Shown here: positions 16,203 through 24,890 of the stretch, piece by piece
Numbering within the stretch: the first letter of the stretch is position 1
Layout: each line of letters starts with the position of its first letter
IMG/VR virus record: IMGVR_UViG_3300033475_000019
DNA: 64,000 nucleotides
Direction: 5' to 3' (one strand)
Source of the DNA: a virus
Translations under genes and position numbers: made by a program
Notes under the pieces: model-generated
Told to the model about the DNA's origin: nothing
The model's database searches: none
The model's input: the letters and a program-made list of their open reading frames with translations, nothing else

Positions 16203-16330
16203 CCGCCTCACCCCCACCGAGCTGCTCGACGCCGATCTCGCGATTCTCCTCGTGACTGCGCCGATCTGGATCGCGGGCTTTGTTGGGCTCGCGGTGGCGG
16301 GGTGGTGGAACGATCGAAGGGGGGTGGCGC

Positions 16331-17644
16331 GTGGCTGAGCTCCTCCGTGCCCCGTTCCCGTGGATGGGCGGCAAGAGCCGCGCTGCCGAAATCATCTGGC
16401 GCGGCCTGGGCCCTGAGGTCGTCAACTACGTCGAGCCGTTTGCTGGCTCGATCGCGGCGCTGCTGCTGCGCCCCAACGGCGCCGGCAAGATCGAAACCGT
16501 CAACGACCTCTCGGGCGCGATCTGCAACTTCTGGCGTGCCATCAAAACCGACCCCGACGCCGTTGCCGAATGGTGCGACGACCCGGTGTCCGAGCTGGAC
16601 CTGCACACTCGCCATGCCTGGCTGGTGGTGCGGCTCGAAGAAATGGCCGAGCAGCTCCGCGCCGACCCCGAGTACTTCGACGCAAAGGTCGCGGGCTGGT
16701 GGGTCTGGGGCATCTGCCAGTGGATCGGTACCGGCTGGTGCGGCGGCGTTCGTCACGGCGAGCCGCGTCCGAACCTGAACACCGGCCAAGGCGTCCACGC
16801 GTTGGGCACGCGCGAGTTGCCGAACCAGCGCCCGCACGTCAGCGGCGACAGCGCCGGCATGGGCGTGCTGTCACAGAAGCTCCCGAACCTGTCCGGCTAC
16901 GACGTTGGTGTCCGGAGTCCGAAGCAGCAGATGCCAGAGCTGGCGGTACCGGCGCGCGCCCGCACGACCGGCAAGGGTGTGCTCAGCCAGCAGATGCTGG
17001 GCCTGCGCGTCCACAGCGGCGCGACAGGCAACGGCATCCACGCCAGCGGGCTCGCCGAAAAAATGCCCATGCTCGCGGTCAGCTCGACCGGCGGTACCGA
17101 GACCGGCCGCGGCGTGACGAGCGAGAGCGCACCCCGAGAGCATGGCCTTCCAGCCATTGGCAACGACCGCGGCATCAACGGCGTCTCGGCCCCGCCGCGC
17201 CTGGCCTGGTTCCGCGCTCTCCAGCAACGCCTGCGACGCGTTCGCGTTGTCTGCGGCGACTGGACGCGGGTGCTTGGCCCGAGCGTGCTCGGCAAGGGCA
17301 AGAACGTCGGCGGGCGACGCCCCTGCGCCGTGTTCCTGGACCCGCCTTACGACGTCACGATGCGGGCCAAGCAGATCTACGGCCACGATCGCGCCGGACT
17401 CGCGGCTGAGGTGCGGGCTTGGGCCATCGCGAACGGCGACGATCCGGATCTGCGCATCTGCCTGGCCGGCTACTTCGACGAGCACGCCGAGCAAATGCCG
17501 GCGTCGTGGACGGTCCACCGCTGGAAGGGCGCGCGCGGCTACGCCAGCGACGACAACGACAACCGCGAGCAGGAGACACTCTGGTTCTCGCCGCACTGCC
17601 TGCCTATTGACCTGCAGCCGAGCCTTTTTGGGAGGTCCGCATGA
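16331..17644 (+). CDS. dam: Dam-family (D12 class, alpha-type) N6-adenine DNA methyltransferase with a large repeat insertion
   Basis: PFPWMGGKSR..YVEPFAGS near the N-terminus and VFLDPPYD near the C-terminus. GTG 16331 is preceded by GAAGGGGGG (track start 16280 is possible). Insertion of degenerate G-x-G-[VI] repeats at about 16757-17195. Confidence 0.8.
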   Translation: MAELLRAPFPWMGGKSRAAEIIWRGLGPEVVNYVEPFAGSIAALLLRPNGAGKIETVNDLSGAICNFWRAIKTDPDAVAEWCDDPVSELDLHTRHAWLVVRLEEMAEQLRADPEYFDAKVAGWWVWGICQWIGTGWCGGVRHGEPRPNLNTGQGVHALGTRELPNQRPHVSGDSAGMGVLSQKLPNLSGYDVGVRSPKQQMPELAVPARARTTGKGVLSQQMLGLRVHSGATGNGIHASGLAEKMPMLAVSSTGGTETGRGVTSESAPREHGLPAIGNDRGINGVSAPPRLAWFRALQQRLRRVRVVCGDWTRVLGPSVLGKGKNVGGRRPCAVFLDPPYDVTMRAKQIYGHDRAGLAAEVRAWAIANGDDPDLRICLAGYFDEHAEQMPASWTVHRWKGARGYASDDNDNREQETLWFSPHCLPIDLQPSLFGRSA

Positions 17645-17955
17645 ACCACGTCCCCACCGATCTCTTCGACTGCGTGGGCATCGGCGAAGCGTGGAAGCGC
17701 TCGGCCGAGGTCGCGAAGACGCGCCGCCTGCTGGTCACGATGTGGCTACTGCACCCGGAGCTTTCGCAGCGCTCGCAGGTCGAGATCGTCGCACGCGCGA
17801 AGGCGGTCTGGGATGTTCACTGCGATGGCCTTGTGCGTGCTGGTCGCGTCTCCGTGGCGACGGTGCTCGCGCAGCTGAAAGACCTGGGTTTCGTTCGTTC
17901 CTTCGACGCGGTTGAAGGTGGGTTCGCGGTTGAGCTTGTCAAGGAGGTTGCGTGA
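17641..17955 (+). CDS. hypothetical protein
   Basis: 104 aa; ATGA coupling. Confidence 0.5.
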   Translation: MNHVPTDLFDCVGIGEAWKRSAEVAKTRRLLVTMWLLHPELSQRSQVEIVARAKAVWDVHCDGLVRAGRVSVATVLAQLKDLGFVRSFDAVEGGFAVELVKEVA

Positions 17956-18878
17956 GCTGGATCGAGTTGGACGACGGGATTCTCGATCACCCGAAGTTTG
18001 TACGGGCCATCAAGCTGGCTGGGCCCGAGGCCTTGTTCCTTTGGCTCGGGCTGCGCGTCTACTGCGCCAAGTACCTCACCGACGGCTTCGTCCCTGACGA
18101 CATGCTGGACGAGGTGCGCGGCCCCAGGGACCCCGAGAAGCGAGCCGCTGCGATGGCAGCCCTGTTCGAGGTCGAGCTGCTCGAGAAGACGCGCCGAGGG
18201 GGCCTACAGATGCACGACTACCTCCACTGGTCCAAGAGCCGCGAGCAGGTCCTGGCGGCACGTGAGCAAGCCCGGATTCGCAAGGGCAAGTCACGCGGTC
18301 CTTCCGGTGGGAGTCACGGTGGTGGTCACGCTGGTGGTCACGGCGACCGTCACGCCGTCGGTCACGGTGTGACTCCTGGCGTGACCACCACCGTCGGTCA
18401 CGCACCCGCAGGGAGTGGTGGTGGTGATGGAGATCTGTCAGTTCCGAAGGCAACAACGGATCAGAGCGGGTCTCCGCGCGCGCGCGAGCTGGTGGACATC
18501 GCGCGGCGAATCCTCAAAAACCCCTACGATGGCGAGTATTTGCAGCCCTCGCTGCTGCCCGAGGTGCAGGCCGTAGCGGCAGCCTGGTCATTCGGAAACC
18601 CCGTTCGTTTGGGCAATTCTCCAAAGTCCGACAGCGATTTGCGGGCGATCCTGGAGGCAATCGCCGCGGAAAACCCAATTCCGGACCTGCTTTTGGCCGG
18701 TTCGCTGGCTGGCGCGTCCGATTGGTTTGCAGACCCGAAACGCCGTCACCCCGGGGCCTTCACGCCGGCCGTGCTGCGGCGGCTACTCGCGTCGAATGGC
18801 GCCCCAGCTGCACCGGCCCCCGACTTTGCCGCCGCCGCCGCCGCCCAGCAGCTGCGCGAAACCTTCGGGGAAGCATGA
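17952..18878 (+). CDS. putative replication initiator/organiser (helicase-loader position)
   Basis: GTG preceded by AAGGAGG. 308 aa, immediately upstream of and coupled to the DnaB-type helicase. Central Gly/His-rich linker is encoded by the GTCACG repeat array. Confidence 0.55.
   Translation: MSWIELDDGILDHPKFVRAIKLAGPEALFLWLGLRVYCAKYLTDGFVPDDMLDEVRGPRDPEKRAAAMAALFEVELLEKTRRGGLQMHDYLHWSKSREQVLAAREQARIRKGKSRGPSGGSHGGGHAGGHGDRHAVGHGVTPGVTTTVGHAPAGSGGGDGDLSVPKATTDQSGSPRARELVDIARRILKNPYDGEYLQPSLLPEVQAVAAAWSFGNPVRLGNSPKSDSDLRAILEAIAAENPIPDLLLAGSLAGASDWFADPKRRHPGAFTPAVLRRLLASNGAPAAPAPDFAAAAAAQQLRETFGEA
18290..18402 (+). repeat. iteron-like GTCACG array (candidate origin of replication)
   Basis: GTCACG at 18290, 18313, 18325, 18337, 18349, 18361 and 18397 (five consecutive copies exactly 12 bp apart). 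Inverted GTGAC at 18369 and 18381. Confidence 0.5.
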
Positions 18879-20251
18879 GCGACGACGCACACAAGCTCCT
18901 GCTCGCGCACGTGAACATCGGCGCCCGCGTGCTGTCGGCGTGGTTCGATGACGCCAAGTTCCGGGCCGCGTGGGCGCCCCAGGTCGAGCTGTTCTGCGGC
19001 GACTGGCAGCGCGCCATCGCCGCCATCTGCGCCGCCCGCGGCGCCACGCTGACGCGCGACGACCTCGTGATCCAACTCGAGCGCCAGGGCAAGCTGAAGC
19101 TCTGGGAGAACGGCGGCGAAGGCGTCATCGACAGCCTGATGGCGCCGACCGATCTGAACCCGTGGGGCTCGGTCGACAAGCTCCGCCAGGTCGCCGGCGA
19201 GCGGCTGCTGCTCGAGCGGCTGACCGTGATCCGGGGTGAGATCGAGCGCGGCGACGGCATGGCGGCCGCCCGCGAGGCGCTGGCCAACGCGCTGCGTGAC
19301 GCCGACTTCTCGAGCGGGGCCAAGGCTCGGACGGTCCGCGAAAGCCTCTCCGTGGCCTACAAGCACGCCACCACGACCGAGCGCCGCCCGGGCTGCCGGA
19401 CCATCAGCAAGGAGCTCGACCGCGTGATCGGCGGCGTGACCCACGGCTCGGTGACCCTGCTCGCCGCGCCGACCAGCTGGGGAAAGTCGAGCTTCATCGT
19501 CGGAACCGCCAACCGCGTACTCCGCGACAAGCAGCGCCCGCTGATCGTGACGTTCGAAGACCCCGAGCGCATGTTCGGCTCGCGCCTGTTCCTGACGCGG
19601 ACCAACGTGCACGCGATGCGCCTGCGCGAGGCGCGGCTGCTCAACGACGAGCACCGCAAGCTAGCCAATGCGCTCGCCGACGCCGAGGACATCCCGTGGC
19701 TCTTGCCGGCAATCGGGCGCAGCGCTGAGGCAGTGGCCTCCGACATCCGGAGCCTCGTCGTGGCGCACGGCATCGACGTCGTGATGGTCGACTACATGCA
19801 GCGCATCCGGCTCGCGGCGCGCTCGCAGGACCGACGCAACGAGATCAACAGCATCTGTTACCTGCTCACCGACGCGATCAAAGAAGCCGGCGCGGGCGGC
19901 ATCCTGTTTAGCCAGATCACCGAGGACGAGCGCACCGGCAAGCTCAAGGCGCGCGAGTCCGAAGATCTGCACAACTCCGCAGAGAACATCCTTTTCGGCA
20001 AGAAGCGCGTCGAGCAGGACATTGACGCGGAAGGCAAGAAGGTCGGCGAAAAGATCTCGCGCGAGATCTGGGTCGAGAAGGTCAAGGAGGGGCCCGTAGG
20101 CTTCTCGATCCCGCTGAATTGGAACCCGCACTCCGCGTGCTTCATCAGCGACTACGACGCCGAAGATCGCCAGCAGCAACTCGGCCTGCCGCCGACCGAG
20201 CCTGGGCATGACCCCAGTTACGACGACTTAGACGACCGATACGGAACCTAA
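18875..20251 (+). CDS. dnaB: DnaB-family replicative helicase
   Basis: 458 aa from ATG 18875 (ATGA overlap). Walker A LLAAPTSWGKSSF, Walker B VVMVDYMQRI, RecA-like C-terminal domain. The track start 18722 gives an Arg/Pro-rich run-on. Confidence 0.8.
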   Translation: MSDDAHKLLLAHVNIGARVLSAWFDDAKFRAAWAPQVELFCGDWQRAIAAICAARGATLTRDDLVIQLERQGKLKLWENGGEGVIDSLMAPTDLNPWGSVDKLRQVAGERLLLERLTVIRGEIERGDGMAAAREALANALRDADFSSGAKARTVRESLSVAYKHATTTERRPGCRTISKELDRVIGGVTHGSVTLLAAPTSWGKSSFIVGTANRVLRDKQRPLIVTFEDPERMFGSRLFLTRTNVHAMRLREARLLNDEHRKLANALADAEDIPWLLPAIGRSAEAVASDIRSLVVAHGIDVVMVDYMQRIRLAARSQDRRNEINSICYLLTDAIKEAGAGGILFSQITEDERTGKLKARESEDLHNSAENILFGKKRVEQDIDAEGKKVGEKISREIWVEKVKEGPVGFSIPLNWNPHSACFISDYDAEDRQQQLGLPPTEPGHDPSYDDLDDRYGT

Positions 20252-20262
20252 CGGGAGAGACC

Positions 20263-20871
20263 ATGAGCCAAGAATTCACCGACGCCATCCAAGACGAAAC
20301 CATCGAAAAAGCCATGGCCGAGTCGGGCGAGATGCCCGCCCGCGACACTTACTTCGAGCTAGTCGAATGCTCGCTGACCGATGAAGAGAAGGCCGCCCGC
20401 CGCGTCGAGCTCGAGGGGATCGACCGCGAAATCATCCGGCTCGAAGAGCAGAAGAAGGCCGACAACAAGGTGATCAACGGCGAGATCAAGGTCCAGAAGG
20501 CCAAGAAGGACTGCATCTTGGAAGCGCTCGAGTCGGGAGCGGAGAAGCGCCAGGTCGAGTGCTACGAATTCGCGGTCACGTCGCCCCAAGGCGTGCTGCT
20601 GCACTACGAGATCCGCCGCGTCGACACGGACGAAAAGGTCGACGAGCGCGCAGCGACGAGCGACGAGCAGGAGGAGAATCGCCAGCCGGGCCTGTTTGAT
20701 GGTGGTGGGTCCGCGCCGCCGCCGGCCGATGACGACGAAGACGAAGAGCCGTTCGAGCCGACACCGGAAGCGCTGGCACAGGCCGCCGAGGACGAGGGGC
20801 GGGTGGTCAAGACCAACTCGAAGGCGGTCAGGGGCAAGAAGGCAAAGCAGAATGGGAGCGCCGAAGCGTGA
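20263..20871 (+). CDS. acidic hypothetical protein
   Basis: 202 aa; coiled-coil middle and Asp/Glu-rich tail. Confidence 0.55.
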   Translation: MSQEFTDAIQDETIEKAMAESGEMPARDTYFELVECSLTDEEKAARRVELEGIDREIIRLEEQKKADNKVINGEIKVQKAKKDCILEALESGAEKRQVECYEFAVTSPQGVLLHYEIRRVDTDEKVDERAATSDEQEENRQPGLFDGGGSAPPPADDDEDEEPFEPTPEALAQAAEDEGRVVKTNSKAVRGKKAKQNGSAEA

Positions 20872-21089
20872 GCGACTCTCTCGGTGAAGCGCTCCCCCGC
20901 GAGATGGCTCGCGTGCGCGATGAGGTGATTCCCCAGTACCAGCACACCGACCCGATGCTGGCGCGAGCGTGCGCGCCAGCGTTGTTCATGATGCGGCGGT
21001 CGCTCGACCTCGCGGCGAAGGCCATGGCTGAGGGCGACGTGGTTGCGATGATGCGTTGCTACGAAGACCTGAAAGGCTATACAGCTTGA
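20868..21089 (+). CDS. hypothetical protein
   Basis: 73 aa; GTG start overlapping the upstream TGA. Confidence 0.45.
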   Translation: MSDSLGEALPREMARVRDEVIPQYQHTDPMLARACAPALFMMRRSLDLAAKAMAEGDVVAMMRCYEDLKGYTA

Positions 21090-21724
21090 ACAGCTCGCCC
21101 CGAATCGTGATCGCTTGCGACCCCGGGTTGGCAAACGTCGGTTACGGGGTCGTGCGCCGGCACAGCAACTCGGCTCGCCCCGAGCTAGTCGAGTCGGGCA
21201 AGATCGAAACGCCAGCCGACTGGGGCCTTAACGATCGGCTGAAGAAGATCTGGCGCGAGCTGGCGTTGCTCTGTTGCGACAAGCAGATCCGTCCGCACTA
21301 CTTCGGGATTGAAGACCAGAACGGCGCGCGTGTCGGCGCACGCATGAACGCGAAGCGTCAACTCGACGCAGCTCGCCAAGGCAAGGCCATCAAGGCGTTC
21401 GGGTTCAACGCAAACACCGACGCAGTGGGCGAGGTCGTCGGGATCATGAAGGCAGTGGCGTTCAGCTACGGGATCCCGGTCGTGATGTACGCCCCACAGC
21501 AGGCCAAGATCGCGGTGTGCGGCAAGGGCATGGGGCACGCGACGAAGCTCGAGGTCATCAACGCAATCCGGTTCGTGATGTTTCAGGGCATCAACCAAAC
21601 GGTTGGTGAGCACGAAGCCGACGCGCTGGCAGGCGCTGTGTTCGTCGAGCGCATGGTGCACATGCAAAACAAGGTCGTGAGGGGACCGAGAGCAGCGATG
21701 CAGAAAGCAAGGAAAGCAGGCTAA
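21086..21724 (+). CDS. RuvC-like Holliday-junction resolvase
   Basis: IVIACDPGLANVGYGVV (first catalytic Asp), YFGIEDQ, EHEADALAGAVFV (C-terminal acidic pair). TTG 21086 overlaps the upstream TGA; the start is uncertain. Confidence 0.65.
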   Translation: MNSSPRIVIACDPGLANVGYGVVRRHSNSARPELVESGKIETPADWGLNDRLKKIWRELALLCCDKQIRPHYFGIEDQNGARVGARMNAKRQLDAARQGKAIKAFGFNANTDAVGEVVGIMKAVAFSYGIPVVMYAPQQAKIAVCGKGMGHATKLEVINAIRFVMFQGINQTVGEHEADALAGAVFVERMVHMQNKVVRGPRAAMQKARKAG

Positions 21725-21984
21725 TGGCACGCCATCCAAATCAGACGACAGGCTTCAACCGCCCCCTCACCCCGCGCGCCCAGCAGCTGCTAGCGCGGAG
21801 TCGGAACGTGCCGACGGGGGCGCCGCTCAAGAGGCATTGGATCCGCACCTCCAAGGGTTTCGCTGAGAATTGCAACGAGTGTGGGCGAATCATCGAGCCG
21901 AGGGCGGAACGGTATGCCGACCAGGTGAGTGGGCACTTGGTGCGGCATGTGGGGTGTCATGAGAAGGCGGAGGGGAAGCGGTGA
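21724..21984 (+). CDS. hypothetical zinc-binding protein
   Basis: 86 aa; CNECG...H..C. Confidence 0.45.
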   Translation: MARHPNQTTGFNRPLTPRAQQLLARSRNVPTGAPLKRHWIRTSKGFAENCNECGRIIEPRAERYADQVSGHLVRHVGCHEKAEGKR

Positions 21985-23051
21985 GCGACACCTACAAAGG
22001 CGAGAGCCTGCAGAAGAAGGCCGCACGGTTCGAGACACACAGGGCGAACCAAGAGTGGCTCGATCGTCACTACCCAGACTGCTTTGATCGAGGCCTGCAT
22101 GTATTCCTGGCATCGCGCGAGGGCGGCGACATCGGAGTACTGAAGCAACTAGGTGCACCGTTGCGAAATCTCGTCGGCATTGATCGAGACCTGGATGCGA
22201 TCAAAGCGTGTGCCGCAAAGTGGTGCCGTGGCGATGGCTCCGAAGAGCCGGAATTGGTCCACGCTGAGGATGCCGGAAACCAATTGGCGTGGATCAGGAA
22301 TTGCCTAGAGAAAGCTAAAGGCCTGCCTGCGCCGAATGATTGCGGGGATGCGGAGTGCTGGATTGAGAGATGGGGGCGAGAGTCAGGTTACCCCTACATC
22401 ACCTCGGTGTTTTGGGATTTCTGTGCGCACCTCGACAAGTCGACGATCGACATGTTCACCGACACCTGGCGACGTTTGTCTTACGGATCTGTGTTGTCGG
22501 TGGCGGTTCTGAAGGGGCGAGAAAAGCAACAAAGCACACACCGGGCACTGCAGGCACCACTGGCCAACCGCAAGCGAAGGCGGAGCTGGAGGAGCATCCA
22601 CCCGCCGTCCTATTCGGTGATGGCGGAGATGATGTCAGGTGCTCGCGAGTGGGACGTGTCAGGGGTATTGGAGATGATCGAACAGGAGACGGGTGATATA
22701 AACCGAACCGGTGCGCGTTGGCTGCTGATGCAGCAAGCGTTGTGGTTGGTTGACGACAAGTCGGAGCCTGCGCCAATTCTGGTGCTCGAATACCAGTCAA
22801 GCACCACGACCAGCCACGGCGTGCCCATGCTGATCTGCTCTTTTGCCAAAACGAGACTCTCGCTAGGCAGACGGCCAGCGCCGCCACCGAAGATTGTCAG
22901 GCTGAACAATGGGGACGCTCTAGCGTGGCGTAATCAAGTTCTGCAAAACGTCGACGTGGATGCCGCTGCCGATTTGCTGAACGTGCCGCGGCTTACAGCG
23001 GTTGCGTGGAAGGCTCACGCCACGCGAGGCACCTACGCGAGGACAGGTTGA
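21981..23051 (+). CDS. class-I SAM-methyltransferase-fold protein with an unknown C-terminal domain
   Basis: 356 aa. HVFLASREGGDIG (motif I-like), NLVGIDRDLDAI (motif II), LVHAEDAG (III), SVFWDFCAHL (IV region). Visibly lower GC and GC3 than flanking genes. Confidence 0.45.
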   Translation: MSDTYKGESLQKKAARFETHRANQEWLDRHYPDCFDRGLHVFLASREGGDIGVLKQLGAPLRNLVGIDRDLDAIKACAAKWCRGDGSEEPELVHAEDAGNQLAWIRNCLEKAKGLPAPNDCGDAECWIERWGRESGYPYITSVFWDFCAHLDKSTIDMFTDTWRRLSYGSVLSVAVLKGREKQQSTHRALQAPLANRKRRRSWRSIHPPSYSVMAEMMSGAREWDVSGVLEMIEQETGDINRTGARWLLMQQALWLVDDKSEPAPILVLEYQSSTTTSHGVPMLICSFAKTRLSLGRRPAPPPKIVRLNNGDALAWRNQVLQNVDVDAAADLLNVPRLTAVAWKAHATRGTYARTG

Positions 23052-23062
23052 AGCGCGTTCGA

Positions 23063-23239
23063 ATGCCCACCGTCGAGCACGTCATCCGCCGAGACCGCCG
23101 GCTCACCGAGGCCGCAAACCGAGCCATCGACGCGGCGCTGGGCAAGAGTACGCGGCGGGTGACGCGGGGCAAGGAGCCTTGGCCGAAGCCTGGTGAAGTG
23201 GACGAAGTGTTCAGGGCCGCCAAAAGAGGTGAAACGTGA
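23063..23239 (+). CDS. hypothetical basic protein
   Basis: ATG 23063; 58 aa. Confidence 0.35.
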   Translation: MPTVEHVIRRDRRLTEAANRAIDAALGKSTRRVTRGKEPWPKPGEVDEVFRAAKRGET

Positions 23240-23454
23240 AAAACATCTGGTCAGCAATCGCATGGAGCTGGCGTTACCACTTGGAGCTTTGGCTTGGTGG
23301 ACTCGCCGTTATTGCGGTCACCTGCATCGTGCTTGCTACAGCGGTCGGTGTGCGACGGGAAGAAGGCGAACGACGTGCCTTTATGGTCGACTGTCTCAGA
23401 GAGCGGAAGCAGTACGAGTGCACCGCGATCTGGCGCTGGAGGCTGCATCCGTGA
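23236..23454 (+). CDS. small membrane protein
   Basis: 72 aa; TM helix LWLGGLAVIAVTCIVLATAVGV; GTGA coupling. Confidence 0.45.
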   Translation: MKNIWSAIAWSWRYHLELWLGGLAVIAVTCIVLATAVGVRREEGERRAFMVDCLRERKQYECTAIWRWRLHP

Positions 23455-23672
23455 CGACCGAGACCAAGAAGCCGAGCGAGCGCATCACGGTCAAGATTCC
23501 GATGGGTGAACGCGCCTTTCAGCTCGAGTTAAGCGGGCCAGCGCTCTGCGACTACCTCGACGAAGAGCACGCTCGCCGCCAGGCCTTCGAGACCGACGTG
23601 TTGCAGCGCCTGGAGAAGCTGGAGAGACACAACGAAGCTGTCGCCGAGGAAGCAATGGGAGAAGACCTGTGA
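23451..23672 (+). CDS. hypothetical protein
   Basis: GTG 23451 overlaps the upstream TGA; 73 aa. The N-terminal KKPSER motif is shared with the next ORF. Confidence 0.4.
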   Translation: MTTETKKPSERITVKIPMGERAFQLELSGPALCDYLDEEHARRQAFETDVLQRLEKLERHNEAVAEEAMGEDL

Positions 23673-24163
23673 GTAAGAAACCAAGCGAGCGCTTCCTCGA
23701 ATTGCACCCGATGCGGCCGACCGACATACCGTATGGGGAAAAGCTCTACCTGCAACTGCTCGACGAGCTACACGAGAGGATCGCCAAGCTCGAAGATGGC
23801 GCGCCGCCGCCGGATGAGTTGGATCCGACGAAGACCAAGAGTCCCGAGCCAAGTGTGTGCGGCGAGTGCGGAGCCTATGCGGTTGAGGCGCTTGGCTCCT
23901 CCGTGACCAGCGCATATTACGCGCCGTACTTCGACACCGATGGTCGCCGTCACCACCACGACGCAAACGTGATTCGCAGCGCGCTGCGGTGCGCGAATGG
24001 TCACACTATCGTCCTGCCAGAAAAGATCGCAGGCAGCTGCTGGTGTGGTTGGCCGGCGAACGCAAAGGAAGCAGAGCCGGCTCCCATCGGCGTCTACGTC
24101 GGCGACAACCTCGGCAAGGTGAAGGGGTATGAGCCGGAGGCGGAAGGGAGCGAGGAGTTGTGA
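23669..24163 (+). CDS. hypothetical Cys/His-rich protein
   Basis: 164 aa; CGECG...C..H...CWC. Confidence 0.5.
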   Translation: MSKKPSERFLELHPMRPTDIPYGEKLYLQLLDELHERIAKLEDGAPPPDELDPTKTKSPEPSVCGECGAYAVEALGSSVTSAYYAPYFDTDGRRHHHDANVIRSALRCANGHTIVLPEKIAGSCWCGWPANAKEAEPAPIGVYVGDNLGKVKGYEPEAEGSEEL

Positions 24164-24471
24164 CGAGCCAGAACGAATGGGCCGATCGATTCGTGAAGAC
24201 CTTCGGCGGCATCAAGACTGCGCCTGGAGTGGTTTGGTTGCTGCCGGGTACCGAAAGAAAGCAAGACCAAGTGAGCAAGGGAATCGAGCCAAACAAGTTT
24301 CGAGGCATCGCCATCTACGCAGACCCCGAGCAGGAGATGGCCAAACGCAACATGGTCGAGCTCTCGCTGAGCAAAGCAACGAGCAAAGACCGCCAAGAGC
24401 GCGTTGACCATTTCACGCGCGTTTGGGGACGGGAGACGGTGCGCGCGGTGGTGGGAACGGACGGGGCCTGA
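24160..24471 (+). CDS. hypothetical protein
   Basis: 103 aa; GTGA coupling. Confidence 0.5.
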   Translation: MTSQNEWADRFVKTFGGIKTAPGVVWLLPGTERKQDQVSKGIEPNKFRGIAIYADPEQEMAKRNMVELSLSKATSKDRQERVDHFTRVWGRETVRAVVGTDGA

Positions 24472-24776
24472 TGGCAATCACGCGCTCTCACTGGCCGCCT
24501 CCGTTGGAGGACTACGGCGGCGACCTGCCCGAGTTGCCGCTCGCTCGAGCAATGCGAGAGAAGTCTACGGAGATCGCGCGAGAGGCGATGCTCTTGACGG
24601 CCAAGGCGCTGGACGCATGGTCGAAGCAAGCAGGGCTCACATTGAGCGAGTGGCTCGGCTTGTTCGACTACGTGGTTTCGATGAAACCTGGTGAGAAGTC
24701 GGGGACCGTCGTTCTCACTGTGACAGCGAAGGTGCGAGAGGTGCCGACGGGGCACGAGTTCACGGTGGTGGTCTAG
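24471..24776 (+). CDS. hypothetical protein
   Basis: ATG 24471 (TGATG); 101 aa. Confidence 0.5.
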   Translation: MAITRSHWPPPLEDYGGDLPELPLARAMREKSTEIAREAMLLTAKALDAWSKQAGLTLSEWLGLFDYVVSMKPGEKSGTVVLTVTAKVREVPTGHEFTVVV

Positions 24777-24890
24777 AAAACAGAAACCCCCGACATCGCT
24801 GCCGAGGGTCTCACCGTCGATTGCCGCCGCCGGATGAGACCAAGGTACCACAATGCCCCGCGCTGGTCGCGGAGCGGAAAAGGTTGAGCG

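Noticed and set aside
14937-16217. 426-aa minus-strand ORF opposite the int 3' end and three downstream genes
   Set aside because: Antisense artefact. The plus-strand genes have coupled starts and a recognisable sigma-like HTH.
18290-18402. CRISPR-like array
   Set aside because: The repeat unit is only 6 nt with 12-bp periodicity, lies inside a coding region, and has no spacers or cas genes.
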